Part shown: positions 16,767 through 25,113 of the stretch, one piece after another
How positions within the stretch are numbered: the first letter of the stretch is position 1
How the letters are laid out: the number at the start of each line of letters is the position of its first letter
IMG/VR virus record: IMGVR_UViG_3300045988_114880
Direction: 5' to 3' (one strand)
Origin: a virus
DNA: 55,042 nucleotides
The notes under the pieces: generated by a model
Seen by the model: the letters and a program-made list of their open reading frames with translations, nothing else
Told to the model about the DNA's origin: nothing
Database searches by the model: none
Made by a program: the position numbers and the translations under genes

Positions 16767-17243
16767 ATGCCGTATTACATCAAGAAGCCTAAGAAGAAAA
16801 AAGAAAAGCCTTTACCTCTGTTTGATAAAGCAGGGATAGCAGTAAAGAAGAAGCCGGATTTGAAAGCTAAGCTCGACAAGGAGTTTTCCCTTTTTATCCG
16901 GCTTCGTGATGCAATGCCAAACGGATATTTTAGATGTATCTCGTGCGGACAGATAAAGCCGTTTACACAAGCAGACTGCGGGCACTATTTCAGTCGTACA
17001 CATCTGGCGACCCGTTTTGATGAGAATAATTGCCATGCCGAATGCCGGCACTGCAATAGGTTCAAAGCCGACCATTTGGAAGGCTATCGGGTGAATCTAA
17101 TTACTAAAATCGGTCAACAGAAGTTTGATTTGCTGAAAGTCAAAGTTGCCAGCACTTCCAAAATGACTGATTTTGAGTACGAACAGCTAATCAAGTATTA
17201 CAAGGCCCTTAATAAGAAATTACGAAAGGAGAAAGGGCTATGA
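16767..17243 (+). CDS. ninG: NinG-like recombination protein
   Basis: FSLFIRLRD...CISCG...DCGHYFSR...NCHAECRHCN Cys/His pattern of lambda NinG. Confidence 0.7.
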   Translation: MPYYIKKPKKKKEKPLPLFDKAGIAVKKKPDLKAKLDKEFSLFIRLRDAMPNGYFRCISCGQIKPFTQADCGHYFSRTHLATRFDENNCHAECRHCNRFKADHLEGYRVNLITKIGQQKFDLLKVKVASTSKMTDFEYEQLIKYYKALNKKLRKEKGL

Positions 17244-17908
17244 GTTATAAAAAATCATGTAATAAGATGCCTGATTTGTCAGGACATAAGTTCGGTAGAT
17301 GGCTTGTATTGCATAAGGATTTGGATAGATTAGACCATAAAGGAATTAAATCTTATTATATCTGTCAATGTGATTGTGGTTCTATTCATTCTGTTAGTGC
17401 TTATGGATTACGAAATGGAACATCAAAAAGTTGTGGGTGTAAAACAAAAGATAGAATCACTAAGTATAATTATAGGCACGGTTTGTCAAGAACTGATATT
17501 TATAGGATTTTTAGATGTATGAAAGAACGATGCTATTCACCTAAACATTCAAGCTATAAAAATTATGGAGGCAGGGGAATAGGTATCTGTGAAGAATGGA
17601 AAAATAATCCTGAGTCGTTTGTTAATTGGGCTTTGAATAGTGGTTATCAAAAAGGGCTTACTATTGATAGAAAAGATGTAAACGGAAATTATTCTCCTGA
17701 AAACTGTAAATGGGCTACCAGAAAAGAGCAGGTTAGAAACCGAACTAATACTGTATATATACATATTGATGGCAATCGGTATTCTCTTTCTGAATTTTGC
17801 GAAAAGCATAATCTTAGTTATGGAGCCGCATGGCAGAACTTTAGGAGAAATAATAGAAATGAAGAATTATTAATCAAATACTTATTGAGAAAATGCAATT
17901 CCGTTTGA
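17240..17908 (+). CDS. Cys-rich DNA-binding, homing-endonuclease-like protein
   Basis: YGGRGIGICEEW...IDRKDVNGNYSPENCKWATRKEQ motif common in phage stand-alone endonuclease-like genes. Confidence 0.4.
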   Translation: MSYKKSCNKMPDLSGHKFGRWLVLHKDLDRLDHKGIKSYYICQCDCGSIHSVSAYGLRNGTSKSCGCKTKDRITKYNYRHGLSRTDIYRIFRCMKERCYSPKHSSYKNYGGRGIGICEEWKNNPESFVNWALNSGYQKGLTIDRKDVNGNYSPENCKWATRKEQVRNRTNTVYIHIDGNRYSLSEFCEKHNLSYGAAWQNFRRNNRNEELLIKYLLRKCNSV

Positions 17909-19065
17909 GAGATTACCAACAGAAAGCCTCTGATGCTGCCGTTTCTTTCTTCAATAACAAGGCGAAGAAAACAAATGCCATTATGGTGTTACCTACGGGC
18001 AGCGGAAAGTCGCTTATCATAGCGGATATAGCCGCAAGGCTTGACGGTCATACCTTGGTGTTCCAGCCCTCGAAGGAAATACTCGAACAGAATTTCAAGA
18101 AACTCTGTTCATACGGTATTCTTGATTGCAGTATCTATTCAGCATCCTTTAACTCAAAGGAGATAAGCCGGATAACATTTGCCACCATCGGCAGTGTGAA
18201 GAATCATCCCGAACTGTTTACCCACTTCAAGAACATCATTGTGGATGAATGTCATCTTGTAAACCCCAAAGAGGGAATGTACAAGGATTTTTTTGATGCA
18301 GTGAAGTGTAAGGTTCTTGGACTGACAGCAACGCCATACCGTTTAAGCTCTAGTCGTGATTTCGGTTCCATGCTGAAATTTATCACTCGGACAAAACCTC
18401 ATGTCTTTTCAGAGGTCATTTATCATGTACAGGTATCAACCCTATTAGATATGGGCTACTTGGCGAAGTTGGATTACTATTCAATGAATCCTTCAGGGTG
18501 GAATGAACTTAACTTGAAAGTAAATACTACTGGTGCCGACTATACGGATAGGTCAGTTCAAAAAGAATATGAACGGATAGACTTCTACGGTTATCTCGTT
18601 CATATCGTCCAAAGGCTGATGAATCCCAAAGCCGGAGGAAAACGGAAGGGTATTTTGGTCTTTACCCGTTTTTTGAAAGAAGCGGAACGGTTAACGATGT
18701 CAATACCCGGTTGCGCTATCGTTTCAGGTGATACTCCTAAGAAAGAACGTGAACATATTCTTGAGGCGTTCAAAGCTGGTGAAATTCCGGTAGTAGCTAA
18801 TGTGGGTGTACTTACGACTGGCTTTGACTATCCGGAACTTGATACGGTCGTTATGGCACGTCCTACAATGTCACTTGCCATGTGGTATCAGATAGTCGGT
18901 CGTGCCATCCGCCCGCATCCTTCTAAAGAATGTGGATGGATTGTGGATTTATGCGGTAACATCAAACGTTTCGGAGAGGTGTCGGATTTACGATTGTTTG
19001 ATAGCGGTAATGGTAAGTGGGCTGTATTTTCTAACGGAAGGAAATTAACTAACGTGAGATTCTAA
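17893..19065 (+). CDS. Superfamily-2 DEAD/DEAH-box DNA helicase
   Basis: LPTGSGKS (motif I), DECH (motif II), TATP (motif III), QIVGRAIR (motif VI). Confidence 0.8.
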   Translation: MQFRLRDYQQKASDAAVSFFNNKAKKTNAIMVLPTGSGKSLIIADIAARLDGHTLVFQPSKEILEQNFKKLCSYGILDCSIYSASFNSKEISRITFATIGSVKNHPELFTHFKNIIVDECHLVNPKEGMYKDFFDAVKCKVLGLTATPYRLSSSRDFGSMLKFITRTKPHVFSEVIYHVQVSTLLDMGYLAKLDYYSMNPSGWNELNLKVNTTGADYTDRSVQKEYERIDFYGYLVHIVQRLMNPKAGGKRKGILVFTRFLKEAERLTMSIPGCAIVSGDTPKKEREHILEAFKAGEIPVVANVGVLTTGFDYPELDTVVMARPTMSLAMWYQIVGRAIRPHPSKECGWIVDLCGNIKRFGEVSDLRLFDSGNGKWAVFSNGRKLTNVRF

Positions 19066-19069
19066 GACT

Positions 19070-20083
19070 ATGGACGAAGGATTTTTGAGGCTAAGCCGCA
19101 GGTTTTTCTCGAATGAAATGTGGAATGAAGCCCGTACTTTTAGCAGTTGCGAAGCGTGGTTAGACTTAATTCAGTCTGCACGATTTGAGGCAACGCCCCG
19201 AAAGGAGAGTATCGGAGGTCGAGAAATCTCTTATTCAAGAGGTCAATATCCTGCATCCATAAGATTTCTGTCACAGCGTTGGAAATGGTCTGAAAAGAAG
19301 GTGCGTTCCTTTCTTGTGCATCTTAGAAAGAAAGGTATGATAACTGTTGAGTGCAATCAAGGAATGAACCTTATAACCTTATGTAAATATGAAGAATATA
19401 ATCCAATGGGCACAACCAAGGGCACAAGTAAGGACACAGGTATTGAAAAGGAAATCAATGAATTAAGACACGAATGGGCACAACTAAGGGCACAACTTGG
19501 GGCACAGCCCATGAACAACAATCTACCGCAATCCGAACTTTTACAAAAATCAGGGCACACAGAGGGCACAAATACAAAGAAAGAAGAAAGAGAGTATATA
19601 GATATATCTCTACATCAAAAGAAAGAAAATACTCCTGACGGAGTATCAAAGAAAGCCAAGCTTTCTTCGCCATCCCCCTCTGAAAAGATTGATTACAGCG
19701 GATTGATGGAATACTATAATACCACATTCAAAGACAGACTCCAGCAGATAAGATCAATGACTGATGTGAGAAAAAAGGCTGTAAAAGCCCGGATAGCCCA
19801 ATATGGGAAAGAGTCAGTGAGGAGTGTTTTCAATCTCATTCTTCAATCCCCGTTCTTACTTGGAGCTAATGACCGCAATTGGAAATGCGACTTTGATTGG
19901 ATTTTCAAACAAGCAAACTTTACTAAAATATTGGAAGGAAACTATAATGGGACAAGACTTAGTAAAAATCAACAGGATAGCGAGCAGCGAAAACGTGATT
20001 CAGTTCTTGCAGTCGCTACAACCGTTAGAGAAGCTGCCGCAAAAAAGAGAAAGGAACTTGAAGCAGAGGGCGTTATTGAATAA
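19070..20083 (+). CDS. Replication initiator / replisome-organizer-like protein containing the iteron array
   Basis: N-terminal winged-helix-like region; internal GGGCACA iterons; position next to the helicase. Confidence 0.5.
   Translation: MDEGFLRLSRRFFSNEMWNEARTFSSCEAWLDLIQSARFEATPRKESIGGREISYSRGQYPASIRFLSQRWKWSEKKVRSFLVHLRKKGMITVECNQGMNLITLCKYEEYNPMGTTKGTSKDTGIEKEINELRHEWAQLRAQLGAQPMNNNLPQSELLQKSGHTEGTNTKKEEREYIDISLHQKKENTPDGVSKKAKLSSPSPSEKIDYSGLMEYYNTTFKDRLQQIRSMTDVRKKAVKARIAQYGKESVRSVFNLILQSPFLLGANDRNWKCDFDWIFKQANFTKILEGNYNGTRLSKNQQDSEQRKRDSVLAVATTVREAAAKKRKELEAEGVIE
19408..19573 (+). repeat. Iteron array (about 8 copies of GGGCACA/GGACACA): putative origin of replication
   Basis: atGGGCACAacc, aaGGGCACAagt, aaGGACACAggt, atGGGCACAact, aaGGGCACAact, tgGGGCACAgcc, caGGGCACAcag, gaGGGCACAaat within about 165 bp. 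Confidence 0.6.
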
Positions 20084-20639
20084 ATATCCCGATCCTGCAC
20101 AATTCATTCTTGATTACAACCCTGATTTGCAGTTCAAACTTGTCAGATGTAATGCAACCCATTCAGAACTGGCGTTGAATGACAGCATTCCGAGTTTAGG
20201 GCTATTGTCTTCTACTTATGGGGATGAAACACCGATAGAATGGCTAAAGATACAATTTGGCTCATTGAATGACTTTGCAGAAGTTTCAACCAAGATAGCG
20301 AAAGAGCAACTTTCTGAACTATCGGAGATATTCCTTTCGGAGTATTATTATATAAATGCCGCTGAAATCTGTTTTTTCATAGCACGGTTTAAGTCAGGGA
20401 AGTATGGGCGGTTCTACGGTTCAATAGATCCATTGAAAATAACAAGTGCGATGCTGGACTACGTTTCTGAACGTCGGAAAGATATTGAACGGAAAGAGCG
20501 TGAACGATACAGAAACCAACGTGAAAAAGAGATAGAGGAGCGTGGAGATAACAGAATCTCTTATGCTGAGTACATTGAAATCAAGCACCGTGCTGATGCA
20601 GGAGATGAGGAAGCTAGAAAAATGCTGATATCACCATGA
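20076..20639 (+). CDS. Hypothetical replication-module protein (start uncertain: TTG 20076 or ATG 19947)
   Basis: Long ORF in another frame overlapping the end of the initiator gene; basic, charged C-terminus. Confidence 0.5.
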   Translation: MNKYPDPAQFILDYNPDLQFKLVRCNATHSELALNDSIPSLGLLSSTYGDETPIEWLKIQFGSLNDFAEVSTKIAKEQLSELSEIFLSEYYYINAAEICFFIARFKSGKYGRFYGSIDPLKITSAMLDYVSERRKDIERKERERYRNQREKEIEERGDNRISYAEYIEIKHRADAGDEEARKMLISP

Positions 20640-20848
20640 GAATAACCGTTTACTGGGTAACAAGAAATCCGGATGTTATCGTAAGAATCCGGAAAAAGTT
20701 CAATATCCCAAGTTATACTTCCGTGAACTACGAAACAGAATGTGAAATCAAGAATGAAGACTTTCCACTGTTAGAAGAAACAGAACGAAGGGGATTCATT
20801 CGAATTAGAAATAAGAATACACGATTATGCAAGGAACAGACAAACTGA
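20636..20848 (+). CDS. Hypothetical protein (70 aa)
   Basis: ATGA-coupled ORF. Confidence 0.55.
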   Translation: MRITVYWVTRNPDVIVRIRKKFNIPSYTSVNYETECEIKNEDFPLLEETERRGFIRIRNKNTRLCKEQTN

Positions 20849-21219
20849 ATACGATAACCAACATCGTATTTGTCCTCACGGACGTTTTAGAAACCAACCT
20901 TCTAGAAATGCAGCAGCAATACAAGAAAGAAGGCTTTGAACTCAGACACGATTCAAAAAGAAACTTCAACACAGCCATAGCCGCGATAAAGAGATTGAAA
21001 AGTGATGTGAATCATTGCAGCGAATCCACTCAGGAAAACTTCGGCAATGATTCTGACATGGTGAACGCCATGTTGCTCACACTGATTGACAGATGCGGTG
21101 ATGATGACAACCTCGCTTATAAGATGTACGAATACATTAAATCTTTCCCGTCCAAACTGAATCTAGACTTGGATTTGGATAATGCGTTCAGCCACCTGTT
21201 TAAAAAGGAGAAGTTATGA
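20827..21219 (+). CDS. Hypothetical protein (130 aa)
   Basis: ORF whose start carries the ACGATTATG motif. Confidence 0.6.
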   Translation: MQGTDKLNTITNIVFVLTDVLETNLLEMQQQYKKEGFELRHDSKRNFNTAIAAIKRLKSDVNHCSESTQENFGNDSDMVNAMLLTLIDRCGDDDNLAYKMYEYIKSFPSKLNLDLDLDNAFSHLFKKEKL

Positions 21220-23045
21220 AATCGCAGAAAGACATCTTAAAATCCATTGAAGGTCTGTCCGATATAGAACTATTTGTTATTGATCTCTTTTGTGGCGCTG
21301 GTGGCTTATCCGAAGGTGTGGAAGCAGCACGATTGGATGGAAATAAATGTGCAAAAGTTGTTTGTTGTGTGAACCATGACAAGAATGCCATTCTTTCACA
21401 TGATGCCAATATCCCTGATGCACTTCACTTTATTGAGGATATCCGTACACTGGAACTTTCCCCGATAAGCACTATTGTAGAACGTATCCGTCAGCTATAC
21501 CCTGATGCCATGATAATGCTTCATGCCTCTTTGGAGTGTACTAACTTCTCGAAAGCCAAAGGCGGTCAGCCGAGAGATGCCGACAGCCGAACGTTGGCAG
21601 AACATCTCTTCCGTTATATTGATGTTATAGACCCTGACTACATTCAGATTGAAAATGTAGAAGAGTTTATGTCATGGGGAGATATGGATGAGAATGGGAA
21701 ACCTATCAGCATGGACAAAGGCCGGCTTTATCAAAAGTGGGTGCGCAATGTCAAGAAGTACGGTTACAACTTTGAGCACCGCATCTTAAATGCTGCCGAC
21801 TTCGGTGCCTACACCACAAGAAAACGCTTCTTCGGCATCTTTGCTAAAAAGAACTTGCCGATAGTATTCCCAGAACCGACCCACTGTAAAGGTGGTAGGC
21901 AAGATATGTTCTCGCGGCTGGAGAAGTGGAAGCCGGTAAAGGATGTGCTTGATTTCTCTGATGAAGGAACTACCATCTTCAGGGAAAAGCCTCTTGCAGA
22001 GAAAACGCTTGAACGTATCTATGCTGGACTTATCAAGTTTGTAGCCGGAGGAAAGGATGCTTTCCTTTCCCGTTACAATACGGTTCGCCCTCAAGACACA
22101 TGCAAATCAGTTGATGAACCATGCGGAGTGTTGACTACTGAAAACCGCTTTGCAAAGGTACAGGTAAGTTTCCTCTCCAAACAGTTCAGCGGACATCCCG
22201 AAAGCAAGAATGTGTCTGTAGAAGAACCGGCAGGTGCAATCACCTGCAAAGACCACCATGTTTTTGTTTCTGCTTATTATGGAAATGGACATAATCATTC
22301 GGTAGACCTTCCAGCTCCAACGGTCACAACGAAGGACAGGATGGCTTTAATTGAAAGCCGATTTATGTGTTCTTATAACTTTAAGGATACAGGAAAGGAT
22401 ATTAATCAGCCTTGTCCTACACTTCTGACTAAAGACAGACTTTCCCTTGTATCTCCATTTTTTATGAATCAATATTCTGGAGGTGGTCAGGTGTCTGATA
22501 TAAACTCGCCATGCCCCGCTGTTACCACAACACCGAAACAAAACTTGGTAACATGCCAGCCGTGGATAATGAATACTGCATTCTCAAATGTAGGTAGCAG
22601 TATAGAGGAACCCTCCCAGACCATTACCGCAAACAGGAAATGGCACTATCTGATGAATCCACAGTTCAACAGTGCTGGCGGCTCTGTTGATAGCCCCTGC
22701 TTCACATTAATAGCCCGCATGGATAAGATGCCGCCCTATCTGGTAGCAACAGAAAGCGGTCAGGTAGCGATTGAAATCTACGACAATGATAGTCCTATGA
22801 CCGTGAAGATAAAGGAGTTCATGGCACTGTATGGCATAGTGGATATTAAAATGCGGATGCTTCGCATTCCGGAACTCAAAAAGATTATGGGATTCCCTGA
22901 AGATTATGTTTTAATAGGCACACAAGCTGACCAAAAGAAATTTATCGGGAATGCGGTGGAGGTTACACAAGCGAGAAAAAATACTGAAGCACTTTGCAAA
23001 GTATTGAGAAAGTTGAGATTGAAGAAATCAAAAGAAATAGCTTAA
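21216..23045 (+). CDS. DNA (cytosine-5) methyltransferase with an expanded, seven-fold repeated target-recognition region
   Basis: FCGAGGLSEG (motif I), SLECTNFSKAKGG (motif IV-like), QIENVEEF (VI), TTRKRFFGIF (VIII), GNAVEV (X); seven approximately 30-aa P-x-x-T-(I/L/V)-T repeats between motifs VIII and IX. Confidence 0.8.
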   Translation: MKSQKDILKSIEGLSDIELFVIDLFCGAGGLSEGVEAARLDGNKCAKVVCCVNHDKNAILSHDANIPDALHFIEDIRTLELSPISTIVERIRQLYPDAMIMLHASLECTNFSKAKGGQPRDADSRTLAEHLFRYIDVIDPDYIQIENVEEFMSWGDMDENGKPISMDKGRLYQKWVRNVKKYGYNFEHRILNAADFGAYTTRKRFFGIFAKKNLPIVFPEPTHCKGGRQDMFSRLEKWKPVKDVLDFSDEGTTIFREKPLAEKTLERIYAGLIKFVAGGKDAFLSRYNTVRPQDTCKSVDEPCGVLTTENRFAKVQVSFLSKQFSGHPESKNVSVEEPAGAITCKDHHVFVSAYYGNGHNHSVDLPAPTVTTKDRMALIESRFMCSYNFKDTGKDINQPCPTLLTKDRLSLVSPFFMNQYSGGGQVSDINSPCPAVTTTPKQNLVTCQPWIMNTAFSNVGSSIEEPSQTITANRKWHYLMNPQFNSAGGSVDSPCFTLIARMDKMPPYLVATESGQVAIEIYDNDSPMTVKIKEFMALYGIVDIKMRMLRIPELKKIMGFPEDYVLIGTQADQKKFIGNAVEVTQARKNTEALCKVLRKLRLKKSKEIA

Positions 23046-23539
23046 TGGAAAATGGAAAACTTATATTAGATGCCTGTTGTGGCAGTAGAATGTTTTGGTT
23101 TGACAAATATAATCCTCTTGCCTTATTTGTTGACAAACGTTCGGAAACACTTACGGCCAAGGACAGGGGTAAGACAAGAATCATAGAAATAAAGCCGGAT
23201 GTAATAGCCGATTTCACCAACCTTCCATTTGAAGACAATTCTTTCTACATGGTGGTGTTCGACCCACCGCACCTGAAAACACTTGGTGCAACCTCATGGA
23301 TGGCTAAAAAGTACGGAAAACTGCCGAAAGACTGGCAGTCACTCATACACGATGGATTTACTGAGTGTATGCGCGTCTTGAAGCCTTACGGCACTCTTGT
23401 ATTCAAATGGAACGAGAGTGAAATAAAAACAGTGGATGTATTGTCTGTTATCCCTTTTAAACCTCTATTTGGGCATACCACTGGAAGACAGAGCAAGACA
23501 ATATGGATGTGTTTTATGAAACTGCCAATTAATTCATAA
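23045..23539 (+). CDS. SAM-dependent DNA methyltransferase (N6-adenine/N4-cytosine type, DPPH motif)
   Basis: LDACCGSRMFWF (SAM-binding loop) and VVFDPPH (motif IV); TAATG overlap with the preceding methyltransferase gene. Confidence 0.6.
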   Translation: MENGKLILDACCGSRMFWFDKYNPLALFVDKRSETLTAKDRGKTRIIEIKPDVIADFTNLPFEDNSFYMVVFDPPHLKTLGATSWMAKKYGKLPKDWQSLIHDGFTECMRVLKPYGTLVFKWNESEIKTVDVLSVIPFKPLFGHTTGRQSKTIWMCFMKLPINS

Positions 23540-23727
23540 CGATATAGAAAGGAGGTAAACCGAGCCTCTGAAAATCGGTAGTTGTTCTTTGACGTATTGG
23601 ATTTACCGATTAATTTTTTAGTTAAAATGTGACTTTATGGTTAATAATGTGCATAATCTTGGAAACAAAACATTTAATTTACTGTTTTATTTTTATATTT
23701 GCATTATAATTTAAATATGGAGGTAAT

Positions 23728-23961
23728 ATGTGCATATTAAAAGAAGTGGGACGTTTTATTAAAAATGGAGCTTCTACATTTCGTGATGCCTCTCAAGGGC
23801 ATTATAAGCAGAACTCCGAAGCTATTTCTGAAATTAGGAAAGAAATTCTAGAAAAAGACAGAAATAGGAATGATGATAAGAGAAATCTTATGGAAGACAG
23901 AAAAAATATTGAAGGGGATGTACGCAGATCTTTCAATGAAATTGCATTAAAAAATGGGTAA
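23728..23961 (+). CDS. Hypothetical charged protein (77 aa)
   Basis: ORF after an AT-rich promoter region (TATATTTG at about 23.69 kb) and a GGAGG-like element. Confidence 0.5.
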   Translation: MCILKEVGRFIKNGASTFRDASQGHYKQNSEAISEIRKEILEKDRNRNDDKRNLMEDRKNIEGDVRRSFNEIALKNG

Positions 23962-24400
23962 ACAAGAACTAAAACAGCGAGAAACACAAGTTGCAACAGG
24001 CGATGGAGTTGGAAAACAATTAGAGCAGACTTTTACTGTTGATGACAATTGCCTACCTTCACCTCAAGAATTAGCTGCATATAAGAGTATTGATCCTAGA
24101 ATTGTCGATTATCTTATTAATGCCTCTGTAAAAGAGCAAGCGCACCGACATAAAATGGATAGCAATAAATTGAATCTGATTAGAAAAGCTGATAGAAGAG
24201 ATGGAAGAATGAATTGGTGGGGAATGTTTTTCGCATTTCTAGCTATAGTTGTAATGATAGTTCTTGCTGGTTATGCTCTTTATTTAGACAAACCTTGGTT
24301 TGCTGGGATTATGGGTGCTAGTACACTTGTATCCGTAGCATCTATTTTTATTAAAAGTAATGATAATAAAAGCAAACCATATGGTAATACCAAGAAATAA
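23954..24400 (+). CDS. DUF2335-like membrane protein
   Basis: LPSPQELAAYKSIDPRIVDYLIN...HRH followed by two TM helices. Confidence 0.55.
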   Translation: MGKQELKQRETQVATGDGVGKQLEQTFTVDDNCLPSPQELAAYKSIDPRIVDYLINASVKEQAHRHKMDSNKLNLIRKADRRDGRMNWWGMFFAFLAIVVMIVLAGYALYLDKPWFAGIMGASTLVSVASIFIKSNDNKSKPYGNTKK

Positions 24401-24517
24401 TTAAAATTATTAAGACTAAAGTTAGGCGGTAAATTCAATTCTACCGCCTTTTTTGTGCCTGGGCGGATAGTTCAGGCATTTTTTATTTTAATCATAACTA
24501 ATAAAAAAAGGAATATT

Positions 24518-24796
24518 ATGGAAATGCCAGTACCATGCAGTAAATGCGGAGAATGGGTAGAATTAAATTCTACTCGTGAATCAGAATTGAATAAAGGCAA
24601 GATGCTATGTCCTGAATGTTACTCAACCGATGATTCAGTTAAAGATAAAATCGAAGAGATAAAGGATATTCAGCTCATGCTTGACAATAATGACCCGGAA
24701 GTTAAAGGAGATCGTCGGGGATGGAAACGTAATATCAATAAATTGAAACAGGAGATTATCGAATTAGGATATGATCCAGAAGAATATTTGTATTAA
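24518..24796 (+). CDS. Zinc-ribbon protein (92 aa)
   Basis: CSKCGEW...CPEC; ATG 24518 follows the terminator at 24421-24455. Confidence 0.55.
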   Translation: MEMPVPCSKCGEWVELNSTRESELNKGKMLCPECYSTDDSVKDKIEEIKDIQLMLDNNDPEVKGDRRGWKRNINKLKQEIIELGYDPEEYLY

Positions 24797-24812
24797 CGTA
24801 TAAGGAACAGAT

Positions 24813-25094
24813 ATGAACATAAAAATAAGCAAGGAGGCGTATGAGAAACTAATCAAAGAAGATTTATACTTTCTCAATGAGCATTGCCCAGATAGCCTAG
24901 AATTAGATCACATTAAAGTAATTATTTTTAGTTCTATCGACTGGTATTATCCTGATAAGAACACTTGTACAGCGTTGAAAAGAATAGAGAATAGGCTTAA
25001 AGTTGAACTTCAGAAGCAAAAGGACGCAGGTAAGCAATTTCTATCAGATCAGGAAATAGACGGCTTGATTGATAGCATACTGAAAGAAGAATAA
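24813..25094 (+). CDS. Hypothetical protein (93 aa)
   Basis: ORF. Confidence 0.55.
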   Translation: MNIKISKEAYEKLIKEDLYFLNEHCPDSLELDHIKVIIFSSIDWYYPDKNTCTALKRIENRLKVELQKQKDAGKQFLSDQEIDGLIDSILKEE

Positions 25095-25113
25095 CTCTCA
25101 AAACAAGATAGAA

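Noticed and set aside
19824-20083. Extended N-terminus of ORF 19824..20639 overlapping the initiator gene by 260 nt
   Set aside because: The upstream part is an alternative-frame reading of the initiator C-terminus. A TTG at 20076 (or the ATG at 19947) gives a more conventional gene junction, but the start remains uncertain.
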